Shown here one piece after another: positions 54,575 to 63,923 of a stretch of DNA of 64,000 nt; position 1 is the first letter of the stretch, and every line of letters begins with the position of its first letter. Source of the stretch: an uncultured Lachnospiraceae bacterium (GTDB lineage: Bacteria > Bacillota > Clostridia > Lachnospirales > Lachnospiraceae); contig CAQGLR010000014.1 in assembly GCA_948794795.1 (NCBI GenBank), forward strand, positions 17,399 through 81,398. Direction: 5' to 3'. The notes beneath the pieces were generated by a model. The model saw only the letters and a program-made list of their open reading frames with translations. It ran no database searches and was not told the origin of the DNA. Made by a program: the position numbers and the translations under genes.

Positions 54575-55438
54575 CTATCTGTGTGATTCGTAGTATTTCT
54601 TAACTACCATCTCACTTGTTATTTCTTCTGTTTTATATATCATATCCAAACCAGCTGTTCTATCCACCCTTATTTTTCCCTTTTCATTCAGCCTGTCAAG
54701 ATATCCATTAATTTCCATATCCGTCATATTATATAACCTTGATAACCCCATCTCATCATGAGATACTTCTTCAATAGAAATATCCTTTCTCTTTGTCAAT
54801 CGTTCTGCTAACTCATATAAAACAACCCATCCATTTATATGGTTTTTATTAGGAGGATTTTTTGTATAAATTGCGTTTGAATGCTTAACTAAACCTAATT
54901 GAACAAATGGAGATATATTATTGTCTTCTGGATCTACCATCTCTTTATCTTTACTATACATTGACAAAAGCACATCGATATCTGTATGTAATGACTTCTC
55001 AGAGTATTTCGCATATTCAGAATAGGAGTCAATCTCTCTTTTTAATACATTAAACATATTTTCCTTATTAAATTCAATTAAATCACATCTATTAAAAAAC
55101 ATATACCATGTAGTAGCTTCATCAATATTTTTCGCTATAGATGAATGAAGTATCCACAAAGTAAAATCATCTTCTATATATAAATCATACTGTTTTATTA
55201 ATGCACCAATATTAGACAATTTTATTCCTTTTCCTTGTACCTCGTCAACTAAGCCAAATGCTTTCATCCAATAACGCAAGGCCTTGACCATATTACTTCC
55301 TATGCCAAACACATCTGGTGCATTATCCCTATTAAATACCCGTGATAGTTCTATGGAGTCCAATATTTTTAAACCCTTTGTAAGCCAACCATCTCTCAAT
55401 GGAAATTTCTCGTGACCTTGTAGCCTTATTTTTCCCAT
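54575..55438 (-). CDS. sspB: DUF4007 family protein, SspB-like
   Basis: GHEKFPLRDGWLTKG, FGIGSNMVKALRYWMKAFGL, TLWILH, DRTAGLD; start ATG 55438. Confidence 0.85.
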   Translation of the reverse strand: MGKIRLQGHEKFPLRDGWLTKGLKILDSIELSRVFNRDNAPDVFGIGSNMVKALRYWMKAFGLVDEVQGKGIKLSNIGALIKQYDLYIEDDFTLWILHSSIAKNIDEATTWYMFFNRCDLIEFNKENMFNVLKREIDSYSEYAKYSEKSLHTDIDVLLSMYSKDKEMVDPEDNNISPFVQLGLVKHSNAIYTKNPPNKNHINGWVVLYELAERLTKRKDISIEEVSHDEMGLSRLYNMTDMEINGYLDRLNEKGKIRVDRTAGLDMIYKTEEITSEMVVKKYYESHR

Positions 55439-55440
55439 TA

Positions 55441-57174
55441 TTAACCTCTCTTTATCATCAACACTTTTCTCATATAACATCCTGCATTAAAATGTCCCAC
55501 ACATTCTGTACATCTGACACACTTTTTATCATTAATACTATATATTATTTTACCAGTTCCATCATCCTTAACACTTATTGCATCATATTTACAGACACTC
55601 TCACATGCTTTACATCCTAAACACATTTGATACTTTGTAAGCTGGCACTTTACCTTTCCTTCTGCAGTTTGTAGATTCTTTGCTCCAGCAATATGTATAT
55701 CTTCTATAATTACTTTTAATCTATAACTACCTATTCTGCCTTGAAGAATTAAATTTATTTTTCCTGTCTTATCAACAATACATACTTCTCCAAGTCTTTT
55801 ATTTCCCATCTCTTTATTGATATATCCAAATGGTTTAAAAAGCTCATATAACGTTTCCGAAATAGGTCTTTGAAGTTCATAATTAAATGCTCTTTCCTCT
55901 GTGGCACAAGGTTCAAATGAAATTAATGTTTTTTGTGCCATATCTAAACCATTTCCACCTTGTCTGGCTTTCCAATTGCCTCCATCAATATATTCCTCTG
56001 GATCGGGTTTACCTATCTGCTTAGCAAATTCAATAAGCTTTTCTCTCCAATGTATATATTTATCATACATATGTACTTTTGAAAGAAATTCAGACCATGC
56101 ACCATTATTAGGGCAACACCAACAACCAACCCGTGAATATCCTAAACGGTATGCATCATTAAAATCAATACCTGTCGTAAATATATATAACCAAACATCA
56201 AAATCAATCCATTCAATAATAGGCGAAACGACTGTTTGCTTGGATATTTTAGGACTATCACTTTCCCTGTCATACTTACCTCTACTTACTGATTCATTAT
56301 GCCTTATACCATAAAAAGTTAAAATATTTGTCTTATTTTTAAATGCGGATGATATCATTTTCTGAATAGCTCCTGTCTTAAAAACAGTACAACACCATCT
56401 CATAACTCTACTTGGTGGTCCAATTATCTTACATAGCTCCTCAAAATCTTTTTCTCTATTTTTAGCAGATATTAACCTAACTCCTTTAGATTCATCATTT
56501 TTGTTAAATCTTTCTTTGTATTCATATGTTAAAGGAAACTCTAATGTAGTATCACCAAAAATATGTAACACCTTATTTGTGCCTAATGCTTTACCCACTA
56601 AATGTGATGTAACAGTCGAATCTTTTCCACCACTAAATGATATGAACATATCTTCAATAACGTATTTGTTTCTAAATGACTGAATATATAATGTTGCTTC
56701 TTCAGTAATAAAATTATAATGTTCACGATTAGCTAAAACAAACCGGCTTATATTTTCATCAAAATATGAATAATCTATATTTTGAGAAAATTTATCATAT
56801 TTTTCCTTAATAAGCTGTATTTTCTCAATATTCCATCTATTTATCTTTGAAATTGAAATTTTTAATTTTTCTCCATTAACAATATAGGCTGTATTAGCAC
56901 ACCACATTGAAGTATTTACATATTTATAAATATCTTTTTCACCTAAAATCAATGCTATCAACAATCTCTCTTCTGGAAAAACAGGTCTTAAATCTGTTGC
57001 AATATATTCTCCCTCCGTCCCACAAATAGGACATACTTTCTCATAAACTGGAATATTACATTCGTTGCACCAATATAAAGTCGTTGCTGTTATTGTCTTA
57101 TGTCCACATGATGGTTTAACACATCTTTCTCCCACCATTGGTACATTACACTTAGGACATATTCTTTCAAGCAT
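55441..57174 (-). CDS. sspD: PAPS-reductase-family protein (SspD/DndC-like) with N-terminal Zn ribbons and C-terminal 4Fe-4S ferredoxin domain
   Basis: SFSGGKDS, RWCCTVFK, GIRHNES, RVGCWCCP; N-terminal CxxC pairs; C-terminal CLGCKACESVC...CVRCTEC. Confidence 0.85.
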   Translation of the reverse strand: MLERICPKCNVPMVGERCVKPSCGHKTITATTLYWCNECNIPVYEKVCPICGTEGEYIATDLRPVFPEERLLIALILGEKDIYKYVNTSMWCANTAYIVNGEKLKISISKINRWNIEKIQLIKEKYDKFSQNIDYSYFDENISRFVLANREHYNFITEEATLYIQSFRNKYVIEDMFISFSGGKDSTVTSHLVGKALGTNKVLHIFGDTTLEFPLTYEYKERFNKNDESKGVRLISAKNREKDFEELCKIIGPPSRVMRWCCTVFKTGAIQKMISSAFKNKTNILTFYGIRHNESVSRGKYDRESDSPKISKQTVVSPIIEWIDFDVWLYIFTTGIDFNDAYRLGYSRVGCWCCPNNGAWSEFLSKVHMYDKYIHWREKLIEFAKQIGKPDPEEYIDGGNWKARQGGNGLDMAQKTLISFEPCATEERAFNYELQRPISETLYELFKPFGYINKEMGNKRLGEVCIVDKTGKINLILQGRIGSYRLKVIIEDIHIAGAKNLQTAEGKVKCQLTKYQMCLGCKACESVCKYDAISVKDDGTGKIIYSINDKKCVRCTECVGHFNAGCYMRKVLMIKRG

Positions 57175-57380
57175 TTATCTTTCCTCTCTTATTTACCAAC
57201 TAGATTTTTTGATACAAAGCTCCTTCCAAGCCTTGTTAGTTAATTTAAAATAATTACAATAAACCAGCATCTGCTTCACCAAAAGCCGCCTTATATCTCA
57301 ATATATTATTCCTTAACCAAGTCTTTTTAAGTCATTCTAAATTGAAATTTGGAACATAAAAAATATACTTATACATAAGA

Positions 57381-57409
57381 ATTATATCATTTCATCTTCT
57401 TAGACTCAA
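57381..57409 (-). promoter_or_regulatory. SigA promoter of the ssp operon
   Basis: Minus strand TTGAGT-17 nt-TATAAT with TGn extension, about 200 nt upstream of sspD. Confidence 0.65.
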
Positions 57410-57470
57410 CTAAATTTTCTTATTTTCCAGGATAACCTTTTATATGGTTATTCTGCTTATTTTCAATATA

Positions 57471-57732
57471 TTTGAGTTTCCCCATTTTTTAAATTATACA
57501 AAGACTATATTACTCTGGCAAATTCCAAATGTTTTACTATAAGGCAGCTGTTATGGGGGCGCTGGTGCTTAAGCTACGTTTTCAATGCTTAATAGAAACA
57601 GTTGTTTCTATTAAGCATTTGGGGCTTTATGCACCACTGCGCATCCCATTCAAACGCAAGTGGGCTGCTGGTAGTAAAACTTTGGAATTGCCAGAGGCAA
57701 AATACCTGTATATTAAAAAAAGGAAAACCAAA
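57471..57732 (+). repeat. Dispersed palindromic element, copy F
   Basis: Left arm TTTGAGTTTCCCCATTTTTT; core nearly identical to copy D in opposite orientation. Confidence 0.88.
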
Positions 57733-57836
57733 ATCAATATATCCTTTACATTTGAAACAAAAAATATTAGACTATAAATAAAAACATTTTAATAATGAAT
57801 GTGACATTTACAACACATTCAAAAAAGGAGGCCTTT

Positions 57837-58520
57837 ATGGGAATTTTAACACGTTTTAAAGATATTATGTCATCAAATATTAATGCACTTCTTGATAAAG
57901 CAGAAGACCCAGAGAAAATGATTGACCAGTGCCTGCGCAACCTGAACAGTGACCTGGGCAAAGTAAAGTCTGAAACAGCGGCAGTTATGGCAGATGAACA
58001 GCGTGCAAAAAGACAGCTGGATGAATGTACACAAGAAATCAATAAGATACAGAATTATGCCGCAAAAGCTGTTTCTGCTGGCAATGATGATGATGCAAGG
58101 CTGTTTCTTGAGAAAAAGCAGACACTTACTGCCAGGCAGGCAGAGCTACAGCAGATATATAATTCAGCAAAATCCAATTCAGAAAATATGCGTGCAATGA
58201 ATGATAAACTGGTTAAAGATATTGCTAATCTTGAAGAAAGGCGCAATTCCATTAAAGCTAAAATGAATATAGCACGCACACAGGAACATATTAACCAGAT
58301 GGTTTCAAATACAAGTGGTGCCAATAACTCCATAAATGCATTTGAACGTATGGAGGCAAAAGCAGACCAGATGCTTGACAGGGCAAACGCAATGGCAGAA
58401 TTAAACAATTCCAGCCATGACAGCATAGATGACCTTAAAGCCAAATATGACAGCGCCCCTGGTGGTGGCTCTGGAATTGAAGATGAGCTTGCGGCATTAA
58501 AAGCAAGCCTTGGCAAATAA
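57837..58520 (+). CDS. pspA: PspA/IM30 family protein
   Basis: MGILTRFKDIMSSNINALLDKAEDPEKM...ELAALKA; RBS AAGGAGG. Confidence 0.93.
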   Translation: MGILTRFKDIMSSNINALLDKAEDPEKMIDQCLRNLNSDLGKVKSETAAVMADEQRAKRQLDECTQEINKIQNYAAKAVSAGNDDDARLFLEKKQTLTARQAELQQIYNSAKSNSENMRAMNDKLVKDIANLEERRNSIKAKMNIARTQEHINQMVSNTSGANNSINAFERMEAKADQMLDRANAMAELNNSSHDSIDDLKAKYDSAPGGGSGIEDELAALKASLGK

Positions 58521-58550
58521 TCCTATATTGTAATTAATGAGAGGAAACAT

Positions 58551-59606
58551 ATGGTAATACAATATAAATGCCCTGGCTGTGGTGCAGATATGGTATTTAA
58601 CAGCCAGACTGGCAGGCTGCATTGTGACAGCTGCGGACACGACGAAGAAATAGAAGGTTACAATACAGAAGACTTCCAGGAATTTGAAGAACATTTCCAC
58701 TCATCCACATTTGAAGGTGATGAAGTAAACCAGTACCAATGTAACAACTGTGGTGCTATACTGCTTACAGATAAGGATACTACTGCAACAACATGCAGCT
58801 TCTGTGGTGCACCTGTTATATTAGGTGACAGGCTTTCAGGTGCACTTGCACCATCCAAAGTAATTCCTTTCAGCATATCAAAAAGTGAAGCTGAAGCTGC
58901 ATTTAAAAAATGGTGCCACCACGGTTTTCTTATGCCACGCAATTTTAAACAGGCTGACAGGATTAAAAGCCTCACAGGAATATACGTACCCTTCTGGTTA
59001 TATGACGTGCAAGGACAGGGAGAGGCCATTGCACATTGTACACGCATACATACACATGATGAAGGGGACAACATTGTCACTAAAACAAACCATTTTGATG
59101 TATACCGCAAAGTTGATTTAAGATACAATAATATTCCTGCTGATGCATCAGAAAAAATGCCTGATAACCTTATGGATAAACTTGAGCCATTTGATTACAG
59201 CAATATGAAAATTTTTAACACACCATATCTTGCAGGTTTTATATCAGAAAAATACAATTATACAGACCGTGAGATGTTTCCACGCATACAACAGCGCGTT
59301 ACACGGTATATAGATAACTATGTATCAAGTACAATAATGGGATACTCCACTAAAAATATAATAAACCACGATTACCGTGCAAAGCAGATTAATGCAGAAT
59401 ATGTTCTTTTTCCTGTATGGATGGTTTATTATGATTATGACCATTCTGAATATACTTTCGCCATGAACGGGCAGACTGGCAAAATAGCGGGCAAACCTCC
59501 ATTAAGTATTGGCAAAGCAGCAGGAGGGGCGGCACTGGTAACATTAATCCTCTTTATTATCTGCCGTATAATTACTGTTTTAATGGGAGGTCCTGTATTA
59601 TGGTAA
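58551..59606 (+). CDS. YdjG-like Zn-ribbon membrane protein
   Basis: Four CxxC pairs, YVPFWLY, AMNGQTGKIAG, C-terminal TM; second gene of a pspA-ydjGHI-like cluster. Confidence 0.8.
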   Translation: MVIQYKCPGCGADMVFNSQTGRLHCDSCGHDEEIEGYNTEDFQEFEEHFHSSTFEGDEVNQYQCNNCGAILLTDKDTTATTCSFCGAPVILGDRLSGALAPSKVIPFSISKSEAEAAFKKWCHHGFLMPRNFKQADRIKSLTGIYVPFWLYDVQGQGEAIAHCTRIHTHDEGDNIVTKTNHFDVYRKVDLRYNNIPADASEKMPDNLMDKLEPFDYSNMKIFNTPYLAGFISEKYNYTDREMFPRIQQRVTRYIDNYVSSTIMGYSTKNIINHDYRAKQINAEYVLFPVWMVYYDYDHSEYTFAMNGQTGKIAGKPPLSIGKAAGGAALVTLILFIICRIITVLMGGPVLW

Positions 59607-60355
59607 AAAAACTGTTAAAATACAATATTTTCCTGTTTTTTGTTTTATTTATAACTTATATACCAGTACATAGTACTGCAAGTGCAGAAACAATTATACA
59701 GGATGACGCAGGAATCCTTTCATCAGGCGAAGAACCAGAACTAAAAAGCCTGTGTGACAAAATATATAAAGAATACAATACATCTGTATATATATGGACT
59801 GACAACAGTATAAGCGGAAGTGATGATTTTGGAAGTATTATGGAACAATTTGTTGCTTCACATTCTAATAAAGATGTTATAATACTTATGGTGGGCATGT
59901 ACCCTGGTGACAGAATATATGAAATACAAGGATATGGTACTGCACAGGAGATGCTTACAAATAAAAGATGCAGCAAAATACTAGATTATATGCACAGTGA
60001 TATGGCTGGTGGCAATTACTATGATGCAGTAAAAACCTTTTGCCAGAAAGCATATAAATATATGGGAAAGCCGCCAAAGCTTGACAATATAATTTTCTCA
60101 CCACTCTTCCAGCTTATAATATGTCTGGTTGCTGGAATTGTGCCTGTTTCTGTAATTGCATATAATTCTGGCGGACGTACAACCACCAACAGCAATACCT
60201 ACCTTGATAAGAATAATTCAAGGGTTATAGGAAGTTTTGACAGATACACACATACAACTGTAACCAGGACTCCAAAACCTAAAAATAACACTAGCAGCAG
60301 CGCAGGTGGCGGTGGTGGTTCCAGCCATAGCAGCGGTGGTGGCAGGAGTTTTTAA
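59600..60355 (+). CDS. TPM-domain protein (YdjH-like)
   Basis: Signal peptide, IQDDAGILS TPM start, TM helix, Gly/Ser-rich tail GGGRSF. Confidence 0.85.
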   Translation: MVKKLLKYNIFLFFVLFITYIPVHSTASAETIIQDDAGILSSGEEPELKSLCDKIYKEYNTSVYIWTDNSISGSDDFGSIMEQFVASHSNKDVIILMVGMYPGDRIYEIQGYGTAQEMLTNKRCSKILDYMHSDMAGGNYYDAVKTFCQKAYKYMGKPPKLDNIIFSPLFQLIICLVAGIVPVSVIAYNSGGRTTTNSNTYLDKNNSRVIGSFDRYTHTTVTRTPKPKNNTSSSAGGGGGSSHSSGGGRSF

Positions 60356-60629
60356 AAAACTATACATATTTGTAGATATTTTCTTTAAATCTACAAAGCC
60401 AAATATCCCACAACAGGGCATAGCTTGGTTTCTCTTTAGCTTACATGCCCCATATTGGGTATCCGGCTTCCGTGGGCATGCCCAGATTATGCAAGTATAC
60501 TTACATAATCTTCACTTTGCCTTCGCAGAAATAAACCAGGATGAAAGAAAAAATAAGAAAGGATAAAATCAGACACTCTTTCAGCCTTTATGTCTGTGCT
60601 TCAAATTTTTTGAAGCTTTGGTATAATTT

Positions 60630-61598
60630 ATGGGACTTTTTTCAGGACAATTTGCAAATGTAGTTGAATGGGAAGAATGGCGTGATGACATGATTTTCTG
60701 GAAGTGGGCCAACCGTGAAATTAAAAAAGGCTCAAAACTTATAATTAAGCCTGGCCAGGATGCAATCTTCCTTTACAATGGTAAAATTGAGGGAATATTT
60801 AAAGATGACGGGGAATATGATATCGAATCACAGATTATTCCTTTCCTTTCATCATTAAAAGGCTTTAAATTTGGCTTTAACAGTGGTATAAGGGCAGAGG
60901 TTCTCTTTGTCAATACCAAAGAATTTCTTATAAAATGGGGTACTAAAGCACCTGTAAACATTCCAGCACCAAATATGCCTGGCGGGCTTCCTATACGTGC
61001 AAATGGTACTCTTACATTAAAGGTTGATGATTATCTTGCATTAATAGACAAAATAGCAGGTGTTAAACAACAGTACACTGTTGAAGATGTAAAACTACGA
61101 ATAACCTCAGTTATTGACCAGCTTCTTATGAAATGGATAACAAAAGAAGGCAAAGATATGTTTAACCTCCAGGCAAATGCATTTGATATAGCTAATGGAA
61201 TAAAAAGTGACCTTGATATGCAGATTATAAAGGATGGTATGACAATAACAGGACTGCAGATTATGAGCTTTAACTATCCTTCTGAAATACAGGATATGAT
61301 TAATAAAAATGCTGCACAAAGCATGGTTGGCGATATAGGAAGATACCAGCAGGTATCTATGACAGATGCAATGGCATCTGGAAATCTCAACGGTGGCAGT
61401 GTAGCAGGAGATATGGCAGGTATGATGATGGGTATGCAGATGGCAAACCATATGCTTAACCAGCAAGGCCAGAATACAGGCAGCCCTTCTCCTGGTCCAC
61501 AGGCACAATCACCAGGAATACCAAATTTCTGCCCTAACTGTGGGCAAAAAACAACAGGGAGCAATTTCTGTCCTAACTGTGGCCAGAAACTTGTATAA
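60630..61598 (+). CDS. SPFH-domain protein with C-terminal double zinc ribbon (YdjI-like)
   Basis: IKKGSKLII.PGQDAIF, EVLFVN..KWGT; FCPNCGQK twice. Confidence 0.87.
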   Translation: MGLFSGQFANVVEWEEWRDDMIFWKWANREIKKGSKLIIKPGQDAIFLYNGKIEGIFKDDGEYDIESQIIPFLSSLKGFKFGFNSGIRAEVLFVNTKEFLIKWGTKAPVNIPAPNMPGGLPIRANGTLTLKVDDYLALIDKIAGVKQQYTVEDVKLRITSVIDQLLMKWITKEGKDMFNLQANAFDIANGIKSDLDMQIIKDGMTITGLQIMSFNYPSEIQDMINKNAAQSMVGDIGRYQQVSMTDAMASGNLNGGSVAGDMAGMMMGMQMANHMLNQQGQNTGSPSPGPQAQSPGIPNFCPNCGQKTTGSNFCPNCGQKLV

Positions 61599-61704
61599 AC
61601 AGACAACATCAGGCTAAATACCGCACCACAAAACAGGGTATTGGTTACATAGGTGCCTGGCTCCGTTTTTACACAAATAAAACGTCAAAGCTTTTATATT
61701 CTGT

Positions 61705-61869
61705 TTAATTGTATATATGGAGCTTTGACGTTTCTATAGAATATACATTTTCGTTCCTTGATGCAATACCCTCTGCCAATACAACACTAACTGTTAAAAA
61801 TATTGCACATATTATGCACATCCATATTATTGCCCTTTTTGAAAGTTTAAAACTTGTTTTTTTATCCAA
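61705..61869 (-). CDS. Small single-TM peptide (about 54 aa)
   Basis: RBS AGGGAGGGAG; TTG start; MDKKTSFKLSKRAIIWMCIICAIFLTVSVVLAEGIASRNENVYSIETSKLHIYN. Confidence 0.55.
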   Translation of the reverse strand: MDKKTSFKLSKRAIIWMCIICAIFLTVSVVLAEGIASRNENVYSIETSKLHIYN

Positions 61870-62096
61870 AACCAATCTCCCTCCCTGTTATAAAGTATAT
61901 AATACTTGTCCTTAATATTAATTTAAATAAATCCAATTTAATTTTCTCTACTTCATAATATATCACAAAAAGGCAGATTTATTCCTTAAATCTTTCTTAA
62001 ACTTCCTTAATAATCCAAATTTTCATGGACACTGGATACCATAATCCGCTCTGCTGCCTGTCCAGACCATCCTAACAACCTCTTTATGGCATTTAT

Positions 62097-63014
62097 TTAC
62101 TTTACTTTTTTCATCAATTCCATATAATATTTTTCGAGGCTTGCACCCTCTGCACGTATTTCTTTTATATCCACTTCATTTAATACACATTCTTTCATTA
62201 CATCAGCTGTATTTCCAGAAAAATTATAAAGACATAATTGTTTATCTGTTATTATTTCTAATCTGTTCCCTGGAAACATTTTTCTTAAAATATCTGCTGC
62301 TTTCTGCACATCATTAACCCGCATATTTAAATATGGTTCACATTTCTTTAAAAGCTCTTCTGCTGTAACTTGTTCTATCATTTTGCCTTTATTTATAAAA
62401 CCATAACATGTTGCCATCTGGTCCAGTTCACTTAAGATATGGCTTGAAACCAGAATTGTCATGCCTTGCTCCTTATTAAGCCTTTTCAAAAGCTCCCTTA
62501 AGCTGGCAATCCCTTCTGGGTCCAGACCATTAACTGGCTCATCAAGCACTAACAATTCTGGCTTTCCCATAAGTGCTATTGCAATACCAAGCCTCTGTTT
62601 CATACCAAGTGAAAAGTTCCTTGCTTTTTTTGTTCCAGTATCTTCTAAACCCACAATTTTTAATATTTCCTTAATACAACCTTTATCTTCAATACCCTTT
62701 TGCAGCCGTACAACTTCAAGATTATCCTTTGCTGTCATTCCAGGATAAAACGCTGGTCCTTCAACCATCGCCCCAATGCGCTTACGCTGGATATACATTT
62801 TACTCTGCTGCTTTTCTCCAAATAACACAATCTCTCCATCTGTCTGCACAGCCCTGCCTGTAAGGATACGCATAAGTGTTGTTTTTCCTGCACCATTTTT
62901 TCCAACAAAGCCATAAATACTGCCACGGCATATTTCCATATCCAGACTATTAAGAGCATAAGACTTTTTATACTTCTTTGTAAGTTTTCTTGTTACAAAT
63001 ATTTTCTCTTCCAT
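62097..63014 (-). CDS. ABC transporter ATP-binding protein (BcrA/lantibiotic-immunity type)
   Basis: GKNGAGKTT, FSLGMKQRL, LDEPVNGLD, SSHILSE. Confidence 0.93.
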   Translation of the reverse strand: MEEKIFVTRKLTKKYKKSYALNSLDMEICRGSIYGFVGKNGAGKTTLMRILTGRAVQTDGEIVLFGEKQQSKMYIQRKRIGAMVEGPAFYPGMTAKDNLEVVRLQKGIEDKGCIKEILKIVGLEDTGTKKARNFSLGMKQRLGIAIALMGKPELLVLDEPVNGLDPEGIASLRELLKRLNKEQGMTILVSSHILSELDQMATCYGFINKGKMIEQVTAEELLKKCEPYLNMRVNDVQKAADILRKMFPGNRLEIITDKQLCLYNFSGNTADVMKECVLNEVDIKEIRAEGASLEKYYMELMKKVK

Positions 63015-63101
63015 CCTGTCCCTCCTGTTATATTACAATAAAATACCATAATTATAATGTATCCAGTTATCTGGTAAAACATTAAAATTCCATACAGTAT
63101 A

Positions 63102-63845
63102 TTATTTTAATTCTGCTTTTTCAAAAAGAAACGTTGCTCCTACAACCGTTACAATAAGCGTTATAACCATAACAAAAATATATTTATAATCTGAAAATCC
63201 ATCTTCATTACATTCAAATGATATAATCTGGTATAGATATACATATTCCATAAAATGTTTAATAACAGGCTTTTCAATAAAAGGAAGATTTGCTTTCACA
63301 ATAAAAAATATGTATGAAATAAGCATACTGGCCGGAACGGTTACAACAGCATTTTTTATAAATAACGCCACAAACATTATTACTGTCCCTTGCACTATAA
63401 AATCCAAAACAAAATAAAATAAATGTAATAAAATATTTTGAAAAGATTCTTCAGCAAGTTCTGCACCAAACCCATTAGCCAGTGCTATAATAAGAGGAAT
63501 TACCATAAATGCAAGACATATAAGAAAGAAACCAATTAAAAAAACTATAAATTTTGCACCAAAAATTTTTTTGCGTGTAAAACCACATAATAAAGCATTT
63601 CCAAATCCTTTCTGCGTAAACTCATTGCAAATAAAAACTGCTGCCAGCATATAACCTAGTAATAAGGAATAAAGAATCATTTTTAATGATATAACAAGTT
63701 CATTATATCCTAATGTTGTCACCATGCCTTCTAAATAACTAACTAAAAGGCATAAATTACCTATAACAACAGAACATAACATCAACACTTTAAACCCTGT
63801 TAGCTTTATCAATTTAAACCATTCCGCTTTTATAAGATTTATCAT
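63102..63845 (-). CDS. ABC-2 type permease (BcrB-like)
   Basis: MINLIKAEWFKL, about 6 TM helices, ends FEKAELK. Confidence 0.85.
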   Translation of the reverse strand: MINLIKAEWFKLIKLTGFKVLMLCSVVIGNLCLLVSYLEGMVTTLGYNELVISLKMILYSLLLGYMLAAVFICNEFTQKGFGNALLCGFTRKKIFGAKFIVFLIGFFLICLAFMVIPLIIALANGFGAELAEESFQNILLHLFYFVLDFIVQGTVIMFVALFIKNAVVTVPASMLISYIFFIVKANLPFIEKPVIKHFMEYVYLYQIISFECNEDGFSDYKYIFVMVITLIVTVVGATFLFEKAELK

Positions 63846-63923
63846 ATTTTTCCCTTTCTATTACAATTAATAATAAAATTTATTTTAATATATTACATTG
63901 CTCTCTTATTACATTTTCTTAAT

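Noticed and set aside
47505..57174. BREX type 4 or Dnd (dndBCDE) assignment; sulfate-assimilation role for the PAPS reductase
   Set aside because: No pglZ/brxL, dndD/dndE or cys genes; DUF4007 + ATPase + PAPS reductase + desulfurase + DUF262 fits Ssp better
11952..57777. Family of similar short ORFs (QRLYYSGKFQMF...KAAVMGALVLK) at 11952, 22369, 35296, 46384, 46947 and 57529
   Set aside because: These are translations of the palindromic repeat; starts differ, RBSs are lacking and copies shift frame relative to each other
57837..61598. pspA / Zn-ribbon / TPM / SPFH cluster as a novel system
   Set aside because: Matches the known Bacillus pspA-ydjGHI envelope-stress operon layout
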